Source of the DNA: the human T2T-CHM13v2.0 reference genome, Homo sapiens
Strand: one strand, 5' to 3'
Length of the DNA stretch: 64,000 bases
Assembly: GCF_009914755.1 (NCBI RefSeq)
Contig: NC_060947.1
Part shown: piece by piece, positions 1 through 11,830 of the stretch
Layout of the letters: the number at the start of each line of letters is the position of its first letter
Position numbering within the stretch: the stretch's first letter is position 1
Notes under the pieces: model-generated
Told to the model about the DNA's origin: nothing
The model's database searches: none
The model's input: the letters and a program-made list of their open reading frames with translations, nothing else
Position numbers and translations under genes: made by a program

Positions 1-3000
1 ACAACAAACGTCTGCATTAAAAAGAGTTTCTGGTTGATCAAAGCTGTGCCACATATGTATATATAAATAAATATGGCCTCAGCCCTTCTAGGAAATACCT
101 AGGGAAAATCCCTATTAATTAAGGGCTTCTGGTAATTGGATTCTGATTAACTGAGATTTGTTTGTTTATCATAAGCCTATCATAAGTTCCTCATTATATC
201 TATATTCACTGTTATCCTACTACTCAGATCCAACATATAGTAGATTGCAATACAGATGTATTAAATCAAGGCCTTTTCTCCCACCCTTTAATGCCGCATT
301 TTAGCATTAAGGCTGGTATCTTATTCCAAAATTATAAAAATATGGACCAATTCAAATAGAACAATAAAACTGATGCAAATATCCTCTTTATTTTGAGTTA
401 ATCCCATCACTTAAGTCAAGTGAGATCTCCAATTCATACTTTAAAAAAAAGGAAAGGAAACACTAGCCATATATAGCCATTTCATCCCTCCATAGGCAGT
501 GAATATGTTTTTAGTGGGCAGAGGAAGAAAGAGCCCTAATACCTCTTACTTCATATGACTTACACTGTGAACACTCAGTTAAGCCTTTGCAGACACTGAG
601 AGATTAAGTCCTATGAGTTAGAATTACTAGCTTGTAAACATTAATGAAATTTTTAAAATCATCATCCAGCTTTATTAGGAAATTTTCCCAGATTAAGAGC
701 AACAAAAATGTAGCAATTAGAGTGTTCATCACACAGCTGCATGATTACAGGAGTCTTGTTCTAGATTCTAACAGATGCTGTAACAAACAGTTTTGTGAGG
801 GCTGCAAGAACCATAGTTTACAAAAGCAACACAAAAGCTAGTTATTGTTCAAGCTCACATTGCCACAGGACCCTTATGTTTAAAATAATTTACACTCTTG
901 AGCTCCTCTACTGAGAGGCATCAAGCATGTAAATAGAGCAATAACAAAAAATAAAATAAAATGTGCAGACTCAAGTTCTTCACTGCACTAACATGGAAGG
1001 GCAAGGGACATTAATTGATCCGTACAAAGTTCTGGACTTTGATGAGACCAAATGTGGGAATCAGCCATGGACTAGTTTGATGTCATTGTTACCAAGCCAC
1101 CACCTGGCTCGTCCAGTCAAATTAAGCTCATCCTTTCAGGGACAGCTTTACTTCAGTCCAGATTTGGCAAGGTCAAACTATCTCTGCTCAAAGGTTATGA
1201 CAAATTGACAAGTGAGGGGCATCACTCAATGGGCCCAGGTGGGGGCTTGAGGAGATTGGTGACAATTAGTGTTACATCACTAGGGGTGGAGCCAAAGTGG
1301 AAGAGATTCATAGCCAGATACCACTATTACATATATATATTTAGAAATATATATTATATGTAGCCTCCCAAATACAAACCACCACCACCCTACTCTGAAA
1401 AAGAATAGCAACTGATCAAATATTTCCTAAAGGACTCCAGTATTAAGCCAACGACTAGCAATCTGGCTGAGTTCTATCTATTTCAAGATCATTGTGTGAC
1501 CTTGCACAGCCACCTCACCTTTCATCATCTCAGGAACTTCAGCCATAAACTATAAAAATCCTTTCTTGCCTTACTGGGATGACATTAGGATGAATCAGGC
1601 AATTTCTCTAAGGTATTCTAAGATCCTCAGAGAGGGCAAGTCTACAAATACAAGGTATTATAATTAGAATCACTGCACCTCATTTCTTAAGGGGGAGAAA
1701 ATGAATAAGGAAAGGAATGTGTGGTCACTGAGCTTGAGACTCAAAAGGCATTTAAAAGCTCTTTCTATCATCTGAGGTAAGTCTCAAGAGAGGGAAACTG
1801 ATCTGGTGGAGTCAGAGAAGAGTTCAGTGAAGAACCTTTGTGCCACCTGTGAAAGTGGCTAGGACATGCTCCCAGGACATTAGAAGCCTTCCTGTTTGTC
1901 TTTGACAGTATAACGTTACTTCACTATGATCACCATAAAGGTTTAGATTTGTGAATACCACCAAGAGAGTGGCAAGTGCTTTGATTATGATGTTGTAGGC
2001 CAAAAAGGTCTTGCCTTCCGTAGTGGGATTAATTGTTCATAAAAGAAGAATAGTATATTCAAGCTCAAGTGGTTTAGCTGAAATTGTTTTCATGCCTTTA
2101 ATTATCTCAATAGCAGAAATCATAGCTCTAGGTATAACTGGATAATTAGTGGGGACAGAGAAAGGAAGAATGGGATCCCTTTCAGAGTTCAGCATTGGGC
2201 CAGAATGCGCCTGCTGAGCTTAAGAATGGGGACACAGAAAAAGGATAACTAGGTGAACGGATTTGCAAATCAGAACCTGGGGATTATGCTATCTAAAAGA
2301 CATACACATTTGCGAGGTAAATAAGAGAAAAACCAAAATAGAGTGTGACCTCAGTAATACTCTGTCTTGGATTAAGAGATAAGGATCTAGAGACACTGAA
2401 ACAATGGACTAGGTAGCCAACGAGGGTACTGTAGAAAGCTTCTTAGTGGGCACTTTTAAGTACCTTGCCATCACTATCTTTTGAACAGCTCTGAGGGTCC
2501 TTTTCAGTCCTCTTGACCTATTTCAAACTACTACTTGTGCTTAACTTGAAAACTTCCTACTCAACAAATTGTTCCTCCTGCTTCCTTTGACCAACATAAA
2601 ATCAATTGTTGTTTGACAGAATACTTTGTTGCTGTTTTCTCAAAGGTGCAAAGGGGAAAAAAACACCTTATTTTTGCACACATTAACTTAATTTCAGTCT
2701 TACCTACTCAAGCACAACATAATCCTTCAAACTCTGACCGAAGCCCCTTCACCATTTGGTGTCCATGGCAACCGCCACCAAGCCACTCAGAGAGTTGCAA
2801 GCAGTGGCAGAAAAGTGCATCTCCCAACAGAGCCATTAGCTCTTCTGCATTAACCCCATCAATAAAAGGTGGCAGCAGGCCCAGCCCTGCATTTTCTTTC
2901 ATCAGGGAGGAGGAATGTTGTCCGTGTTTCCTTCCCAGATTGTGAGAATTGGGTGTGGCTACATCTCACACCCAACCTGTTGAAAATAAAGCATTGAGGG

Positions 3001-3197
3001 TAAATTACTGCAACTAAGTCAGAGGACGATTTTCACTTGAGAAAACTTCCCACTGGTATGCTTCCCCAACGACTCTGTCAACTGCAGCCTCCACCACAAC
3101 ACTGCTTGCTAAACTACAGCCAGTAATCTTAAACCCCACAAAGACAATAAACATGAAATCCTAGCCACTTCCTGCTATGGTTCTTAGCACTCAGTGA

Positions 3198-3571
<374 letters not shown>

Positions 3572-4129
3572 CCATCAAACTATATTTTTTAATGAAAAAG
3601 AGCAATGTTAATAATGGTCTAGGTACTGGAGGATTTATGAGCCAATAGTAAATGGTATGGTTTCTCCAAATATAGACAAAGCTGTTCAGTCTACAAACTG
3701 TTTTTATGTGTTCCATATTATTTGCTTTGTTCAGAGCTTAGCTTAAAAGTTGTCAGATAGGAATTTCCCTTTACTGTACTCCAGAGGAAGACTAGGATGT
3801 TTCATGGGGATGGTTCTGTCATTACAACAGAATCCAACATATCTAACAGAGATATTTTTGCATAAAGAGAACCATCTCAGACTAGGTTCTTTGTAGAAAC
3901 TAAAAAGGACCTACTACTCAAGTGTCTTCTTCATAGAATCTACATAAATAGGAATAATATTTAGAGTAGAAGGAACAAGTGAGTGGTTTTATCTTCTCAA
4001 CCGCATGAAAAAGAAAACAGAAGGCTATTATGCACAATCCTTTCCAGTAGGTCCTCTGAAATCTAAGGAAACAATTTCAAGCTCTCCATAAAAAGCAAGA
4101 CATCATGACTAATCACACTGCCTATCTCT

Positions 4130-4380
4130 GTAGTCCTGGATAAGGACTAGTAAAGAAAAAGTGAAAAACCAATAAGACATAGTTCCAGGCCTCAAGAAAC
4201 TCATAGTTCATAGGGAAGCAGCCAAGTAAACAGATGATCATAGTCTAGTGTGATAAGAGCAGTGGCAGAGGGGAACACAGATCTTAATGGAAATGTAGAA
4301 GAAACATCCTAACTCAGCTTGACTCAGATCAGGAAGGCCTTTCTCCTCAGGATTGGTTGAACTAAGTTTCCAAGGACCCA
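4130..4380 (+). mobile_element. L2 LINE fragment
   Basis: Diverged match to L2 3' region motifs (aataagacatagttcc...ctcaagaaactcatag...ggaaggcct). Confidence 0.5.
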
Positions 4381-4682
4381 TTGAAGATCATCTGGTTTGG
4401 AAAGGGATGGAAATGTATAATTGCATAAGTATGACAATCCCCACTTATGTGTCAGCATGAACGCTAGTAAGAAGTGCTGATTCAAAAATTGAAACTGACT
4501 CAGATGTCATAAGACAGAACAGTAAAACCTGATACTAATAAGAATACGGGTTATACTGGCCAGAACACAACTTGACCTTTCATCATGACCTTTGGATCCT
4601 CAAGAAACAGACATTTTCCGTCTGCCAGTACACTAACATGGTATCTGAAATGAGACGATTCTGCTTAGGCATTAAACCACCT

Positions 4683-4815
4683 CCCTTCATTTTACAGTGA
4701 AGAAACTGGGGTGCTGAGAGAGACTGACATACATAATGGCCACACAACTAGTGAGTGAAAGAGCAAGGATTTAAACACAGATTTTACTCCAGTGCTCACA
4801 CTCTTGGTGCCACAC
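4683..4815 (-). mobile_element. MIR SINE
   Basis: MIR core (cattttacag..gaagaaactg...cacacaactagtgagt...ggatttaaacacag). Confidence 0.7.
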
Positions 4816-5269
4816 CACCCAAGACTATGCCATTACATGGACCAAATAAGCATCTATATATGGGTTCACCTGAATAGGTCACCTGCCTTCTTACCCCCAT
4901 TTCACATCCCACCCAACTGTCTGTAATTAGCATTTAGATTAAGATAGCCTATTCACATGAAAGCATACTAAACCAGAGAGATAAAATTTAAAGTTAATAT
5001 TACTTCCCACCCTTCTTCCCAGTTTTTGGAGTCCTTTCCTTTCTCATTATCCACAAACATTAATTGTATATCTGCATACAGGCAACTGTACTGGATGATG
5101 TGCACTCTAAGAAGTATGAAACTGGAGCCCTGTCCTCAAAGACATATCATTTAATTGGGATGGTAAGACATGTGCCCTAAGTTGGGTAAATAATTAGTAG
5201 ACTGAGGGAAAGATGAGAAGTAGAGATTATATAGGAATTCACAGGGGGAAGTGCACTAGACAAATGAAC

Positions 5270-5388
5270 CAGAATATAAGGCTTCATGAGGGCAGGGTGT
5301 TTTGTGTTTTGTTAACTGTCATACCCCTTGCATCTAAAACAGCTTGGAGCTTAGTAAGTACTAAATAAATATTTGTTGAATTAAATAA
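5270..5388 (-). mobile_element. L2 3' end
   Basis: aaggcttcatgagggcaggg...agtaagtactaaataaatatttgttgaat, a typical L2a terminus. Confidence 0.65.
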
Positions 5389-6709
5389 ATATGCTTCTTG
5401 ACTTGTTTTAGGAAAAAAGTCCTGATGTTTATCATTTGGAGACTAACTCTCAGTCCTATATGCATTCCACTTTGTGGATTTTACTCACGGTACACACACA
5501 GCAGGAGCTCTCTAGGGAGACTTGTAGAAATGACTATTCACCCTATGATGACTTAAACCTTTGCAAAACCCTAGCAAAGCTGTGTTCTCTGCTGCTCCCT
5601 GCCACGGATGGGTGTTTCCCAGCGATGAAAAACAACAGGGAGCCAGAGCTTTTTGTTTGTTTATTTGTTCATTATGACCTCAAGCTCTTTTCAGCAAAGG
5701 GCACAGACCTTAGATAGCAATGCAATTCTGGGAAATACAACTCCATTATTTGCTTGGCTCATCTAACAAGATAGAATGCAGACTCTGATTTAAAAGCAAG
5801 CTCCTTTAATGAGTTTTAGTTAGGGTTGATGGATAAACAGTTGTTATTACTGTCAGTAGGCACAGGTTGTAAATGTCTGTTTTCAATGCTTATATTCCAT
5901 TACAGGGAACTCAGATGGGCATCAGAATACAATTTCCTTTAAAAGGTGGAATTAAGGGGAAACAAAAAAGCAATTTCAAATGTGGACATTTTGTGTATCC
6001 CCAGATGGTCAAATTCTTGGTCTTCCAAGGCTCCACATTGCGTTATGATTTTTTGTAACTTATTTCATTTTTACCATTGTACAAATTCTTATTACTTTTG
6101 GCTTCAGGGCTTGGAAAGATACGGACAATTAGAATGTATCAGAACACTGAAAGGAAACCCAAGCATTCATTAAAAAAAAATGAGTGAGGCTAAACCCATC
6201 CTTCTCTCACCATGGCTTACACTAACCTCGCAGCACCACAGTGCTGTGCCAGCAGGTAATTTCAAGTAAAAGATCTATATTAACACAAATGGAGAAGGAT
6301 CTGATTTCATAACAAACAATGCTAAATTTGTGTGCTCTCTGATTTCCTCCAAAAGCTTAGAAAGCCAAAATCGTGTTCAGTTCTGTGGGTGCATCTAAGA
6401 AATTAGAATATCACGTACCACCATACAGGTATTGTGCTAAACATATTGCCCACTATAATCCTTTCACTTTCTGAGAGGTGTAGCTCAGAAGGTACCTGGT
6501 TTATCACGGAGTCTAAAGAAAAAATGAGAGGCCACACCTAAAGCAGGCTTATACTTTAAAAACAAAAATGTTTTATTAGGAAACTTTCCTGAACTAAAGC
6601 AAGAGTAAACACTGCCTTGTAGAGCTTTCCATATTTTTCAAAGATTTTTCCTGAAGTAGCTTCTTCATCCTCTGAAGTAGATAGGACTAAGAGTGGGGTT
6701 TTTTTTTTC

Positions 6710-6830
6710 ATTACATAGATGAGAAACAGACATAAGAAGGTTAAATAACTTGCCTAAGACCACATGGTTAAAAGCACTAAATTTTAATCCTTATTTCCTA
6801 AAGACCTAGACCTATTTTATGTACCACATC
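6710..6830 (-). mobile_element. MIR SINE
   Basis: agatgagaaacaga...ggttaaataacttgcctaagaccaca core. Confidence 0.65.
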
Positions 6831-7711
6831 TAAAGGGATGCATTTGGAAAGACAGCAATGAAATTCTTGTTATACAACATTAACTATGCCTGCCCCAATC
6901 AGCGCCCCCTGCTTTTGAAAGGTATAGCTATAGCTAATAACCTTTACTTTGGGCTTGGACATTTCTCTTTACCCCATCCCCACTCTATTTCCTGAAAGAA
7001 CAATTAAGATCCATCTGGGACTAATTATAGCGATTCTTGAATTTGAACTCGCAGCCATTACCCAATTGAGGTCACTTATTTTAAATTAACTTGCCTGGTC
7101 AGAACACAGGTTTGGTTATCTTCAGAACCCAGTGCAGAGAGGTACCAGCTCACTCAGACTTTTAATTAACTAGCTAAATAACCTGCACTGTGACAAGCTG
7201 CCTATGATTTGATGGACTCATTCATTTGCATTCAGACAAGGATCAAAATACATTGTCAGAGCTTCAGGGACTGAGTCCTAGAAACCTTCACAGTCTCTTG
7301 TTAAAGGCTGTGAGCCACTTCCCTTTGGTTCGCTCTAGTTATTTTTCCTGTGCTTTTGTTCTGATTATCCAACATTCATCACAAGTGCAGCTTGTGATTA
7401 AACAATGACAACTCATGTCATATGCTGATAGGGAATCGAAAATTGGAGCCATGATCATATGAACCAAGCACAAAGCTTTGCAAAATAATTAGGGGAAACC
7501 AAAGGGAATTCCCTGGATGCCCAGCAACAAAGGAGAATTTCCAAAGTTTCGGGCCACAACTGTTCCCCACTTAGGTAATAATACATAATAATGGTAGGTA
7601 CTCAGTCTTTTTTTAATTGAATTCATGGTGGGAGCTGACCATCCCACAATAGTAGTGACAGTTGTTATCATCAATAATTATTATTACAGCTTCCAACATT
7701 TAGTTCCTGGG

Positions 7712-7940
7712 TTCTTGAGTCAGATAAATCAGATTTTGACTTCAAGCTCTATCATTTTCAGCCTGTGAGGCATGAGACAAATTATCCAACCTCTCTGTGC
7801 CTCAATTTCCTTACCTGGAATATAAAATCAATAACAATGCCTACCTTAAAGGATTGTGGTGAAGCTTCAATGAGATGAAGTGTGTGAAAAAATCGTTTAA
7901 CACCATGCGTTGTACATAACAAAAGCTCAGTACATTTTAG
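7712..7940 (+). mobile_element. MIR SINE
   Basis: gagtcagataaatc...aacctctctgtgcctcaatttcc...cctaccttaaaggattgtggtgaag. Confidence 0.75.
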
Positions 7941-8279
7941 CTAACGTTTGTCTTGTTACATCCCACCACCAGGTTTTTATCCAGGGCATCTTTCCACCTG
8001 GGATCCTCTCTTCTCCCTGCCAGCAACAGTTCCCCTCATCATTCAAAACCTAGTCTAAAGATCCTTCTTTTTTCTCCAGTGGAAAGCCTTCCCTGGTTCT
8101 ATCCCCTGCATGTAAACTTGTTCAGTGCCCATCCTTTCAGTACACTTTCTGCAATACACTTTTCAGATTTTCTATTATTTTAAATAGGCCATCTTCTACT
8201 GTTTCATAGGCAATCTGGACTTTTCTTCAGGATGTACTATTGTTTAAGACTTCCAGAATATTTATATAGATAACATATA

Positions 8280-8296
8280 CAGAGAGAGAGAAAGCA

Positions 8297-8336
<40 letters not shown>

Positions 8337-8380
8337 AGAGATTGAGCATCTCATTCAGAGACAGAGAGAGAGAGAGATTG
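8280..8380. repeat. (GA)n compound microsatellite
   Basis: Read directly. It is interrupted by two copies of gattga(g/a)catctcattc. Confidence 0.9.
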
Positions 8381-8389
8381 AGATTGAAC

Positions 8390-8533
8390 ATCTCATTCCA
8401 TTGTCCAGGCTGGAGTGGCGCAATCATGGCTCACTGTAGCCTTGACCTCCTAGTCTCAAGCGATCCTCCTTCCTATGCCCGGCAATTTTTTTTTTTTTTT
8501 TAGAGATAGGGTCTCACTATGTTGCCCAGGCTG
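8390..8533 (-). mobile_element. Internally deleted AluJ-like fragment
   Basis: ccaggctggagt..ggctcactgtagccttgacctcc..., then T-linker and gagatagggtctcactatgttgcccaggctg. Confidence 0.8.
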
Positions 8534-8689
8534 TGAAACATTTACTGAGAACTACTCCAGTGCCACACACTGGGGCTGTATGCTGTGGAGTACAAGAGAT
8601 GAGTAGAGATAGGGATGGGAGAATGGGAAGCAGCATTGGTTGAATCCCCTTATATTGCAGTTGTTCTGTTAGGAATTTTAAAAGCATTT

Positions 8690-8872
8690 TCTCATTTAGG
8701 TCTCACAATAACCCTAAAAGTAAGTGTCCTAGTTACTCTTAATGTACAGATGTGGAAACTGAGGTTCAGAGAGGTAAAACGACTTGTGAAATATCACCTC
8801 ATCTTGGAAGAGGAAGAACTGGTCGATCTGACTCCAGAGTGCACTCTTATCATTAACTATGCTTTACTGCCC
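8690..8872 (-). mobile_element. MIR SINE
   Basis: ctcacaataaccct...tacagatgtggaaactgaggttcagagaggtaaa..acttg...ctgactccagag. Confidence 0.8.
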
Positions 8873-8970
8873 AACTCACAGTTTTGTTTTGTTTTATCAC
8901 TTGCAGTGTTGTATGTCAAAGCAATACATAAACTTTAAAGTGTTACATATGTGACATAAGGTGATTGCAG

Positions 8971-9397
8971 TGTAGCAGATGCTGTTGGTGCCCTACCCAT
9001 ATCCCCTCAGCACTAACCTTTCCTATACCTGCCAAAAGCATCCTATTGTAGGCACATGCTGTTCTCCTCTTGAAGACTTTCTCTCAGCCTGGGAGTGAGA
9101 CAAGTCAGAAGACTGAGGGAGGAATTAATATTTCCCAAAGCAGTTATAAGCTAATGGTGAATGGGAGTTGAAAGTCAAAGACCCCAACTTCCTGGCCCTT
9201 TTGGTAGGTGTATTGTCCATCACCTCCAGAGGTCCCAGAGGTAATTTGCTGATTAATACACTGTTTTGTCACCTTTCTTCTCCCTGTCTCATTTCCTCGC
9301 TCCCCTACTAGTTCTTCATAGAATCACTTCCAATTAAACTACTGGCCCTCAAATCTTTGTCTCAGGGTCTGCCTTCAGGAGAGTCCTGGTTAAAACA
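8971..9397 (+). mobile_element. ERVL solo LTR (LTR16-like)
   Basis: TG...CA ends. Starts tgtagcagatgctgttggtgccc and ends aaactact..ctcaaatctttgtctcagggtctgc...aaaaca, as in the LTR16 family. Confidence 0.7.
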
Positions 9398-9609
9398 ACA
9401 ATGTTTCAGAAATTCTTTTTTGGCTCCTTTCCCAGGAGTCTGGGTGAATTTCCTCATGCTGCTCCCTGCCTACCCAGGACTCACCATGGGTGATCCCTAA
9501 GGGACCACCTCATAGACTCAGTGTGTCCCTTCCTATCCACTTTGATGAGGATCCCATCATTGAGGGTCCTGCTTTTAGATTTTCAAAGTGCATTTATTAT
9601 CAGATGGAA

Positions 9610-9783
9610 AGGTGGTTCTTAAATTTCAGTGTGCATCAGAATCACCAAAGGTGAGATGTTAAAATGCAGGCTCCCTGGCCCTAACCTAGACTTGAGAATT
9701 AGAGTCCCTGGAGAGGAGCTCAGGTGCTTGCATTTTCTAGATTCCCCAGGTGATCCACATAGTGTACACTTTGAGAAATACTG
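9610..9783. mobile_element. MER5A hAT-Charlie MITE
   Basis: gtggttcttaaa...gcatcagaatcacc...ccccaggtgat...cactttgagaaatactg. Confidence 0.8.
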
Positions 9784-10161
9784 TCCTAAGACATCCATGT
9801 AGACTTGGCCTCAAGGGAATGTAGATTATGTTCCTTAGTGCTATCTCTACCTCCAAGGCCTCTGTGGAGTCAAGTAAGAAAGCCTGGAATAGTTATGCTT
9901 CCCTGCTCCTATAATGAAGCACGAATAAGGCCAAGAGCTAGATGCTACTGTCAGAGTAGGGCAGCCCAAGACGCCTAGGCAATGTTCTACAATGCAGAGG
10001 AGATATGCATCTTACTGACTGCCAAATTATTGCTCTCACCTCTCTCACTGCCCACCCCCAACCCCTATTCTCCCCTGTATTGGAAACACTGTGATGACTG
10101 CACATGCCCAGTTAGGTTATGACCTGTGCTCCTTTGTCTCTGAGTGGGAGCCCCCCTTCAC

Positions 10162-10162
<1 letters not shown>

Positions 10163-10212
<50 letters not shown>
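10163..10212. repeat. (CA)n microsatellite
   Basis: About 25 perfect CA units. Confidence 0.98.
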
Positions 10213-10214
<2 letters not shown>

Positions 10215-10669
10215 CCTTCCCAAACAAGGCTACTGTAGAGTTTGAGTTCATGGTTTTGATCAATGCTAGGGGCGGGAGAGGATGGCGCAGGGGAAGGTGG
10301 CAGTGCGGGTTACTTTGTTGTCAGTTTACCCCCAGCTTCTCTTCTCTTGTCCTTTTTGCACTCTCAGCATAAACGCCCAAACTCCAAGTACAAACCTCAA
10401 CTCCTTCCCTCCATCTCCAGCCCAGTGCCATCCTAACCAGTGGCCCCAATACTCCTCTGCACCTGAGTAATGATGCCTTTCCACGGCCCCCATCCCACAG
10501 CAGCAGGAAACCTCTTCTCTACCTTTTGAGCTTGGGGAACAAAAATCAGGGAAGGCTTCTTGGAGGAGGTTGCATATGACCTGCGCCTTGAGGGATTGAT
10601 GTGATTTCTACAGAGAGGGATGAAGGGAAGAGGCATTGAAATAAGGAGTAAGGAAGGGAGAGCATAACT

Positions 10670-11000
10670 AATATAGGATAAGCATTGGGCAATCTGTTAA
10701 GAACTATAGATACATTATTTTATTTATTCCTCACTGCAATTCTATGAAATAGGTACTAATGGTAGACCCATTTTACAAATAATGATACTGAAACCCAGAA
10801 TATTTAAGTTGATTGCCCAAAGTCATACAGCAAAGTAGGAATTCTAAGCCAGGCAGTCTAGCCTGTACTCTTGACTACCCTACTCTACTGCCTCTCGACT
10901 ATTGTAATCCTTATTTTACAGATAGAAAACTGAGGTTGAGAGGTTAGGTAACTTGCCTAAAGTTACACAGCTTATAACTGGCAAAGCTGGGATACATTGT
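10670..11000 (-). mobile_element. Two adjacent MIR SINEs
   Basis: Two MIR cores (cccattttacaaataatgatactga...; ttttacagatagaaaactgaggttgagaggttaggtaacttgcc). Confidence 0.75.
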
Positions 11001-11419
11001 CTTTAGCAGATACCATTCTATTTACTATCTAATCATTCATACCCTCTGTAACTTAGCTTTTTTCACCAATCATTTCAGTCACCACTCCAATTCTTATGGA
11101 GTCAGCCCTGGATACCATCACACCAAATGCTTATAGTTGCTCCCAATAAAAATCTTTCCCCTAGTGTGTAAGCACTGTAAAAGAGCAAGGCTCTTCTGAA
11201 ATCAAGAGAAATAGCCCTCTAAAACACATCTCTCTTCATTTTCAAAATAGCATTCTGTTTAAGTTACCTGTTTGTCAGGTTCCCACTTATAAAAGCTACA
11301 GGAAAAATTTCTCTAGATCTTTAGTTGGAGACAAAGTACTTTCTATCTATAGCAAATTATGAGTTAATCATTCTCTCCTCAGTTGTACCTTGTACATATT
11401 TCTGTTCTTGCACTTCTCC

Positions 11420-11570
11420 CACTGGGTTATAATTGTCTGTTAACTTGGCTTTCTTTCCCACTCGAATGTGAGATCCTCCAGGCTAAGGACCAGGTTACTG
11501 TGACCTCTGTATCTCCATGGTCCAGCCCCAGAATTGGCACAGAGCAGGCATTCAAAAATGTTCATTAAAA
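11420..11570 (-). mobile_element. L2 3' end
   Basis: cccactcgaatgtgagatcctccagg...ggcacagagcaggcattcaaaaatgtt. Confidence 0.65.
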
Positions 11571-11648
11571 GAAGAGAATAATGAAATGTGGTTAATAAAT
11601 GCAGCCCTTCCATCCACTTGAGATTTTAATCAATATTCTTTCTGAATC

Positions 11649-11830
11649 CAGTGGTATGCTGGAAAACTGGCTCCCAGAGAGCAAAATAAAAAGCCCTGAT
11701 TTGTAGTATTGTTCGATTTTTGTGGTGTTAGTACTCTCATCATGGCTGATTTCAAGCAACCAATGGTTTAATAACTGGCTCACAAAATTTCTGAATATTT
11801 AACAATGGGCTTTCAAGAGCCCCCTGTATT
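11649..11830. mobile_element. MER63-like hAT-Blackjack element
   Basis: cagtggtatgctgg...agccctgatttgtag...catggctgatttcaagc...ctggctcacaaaatttctgaatatttaacaat. Confidence 0.65.

Noticed and set aside
1770-1782. GAG|GTAAGT as a recursive splice site
   Set aside because: The acceptor is GAG with a poor pyrimidine tract, so it is only an isolated donor-like motif.
6230-6250. REST/NRSE-like CAGCACCAC
   Set aside because: The right half-site (GGACAG) is missing.
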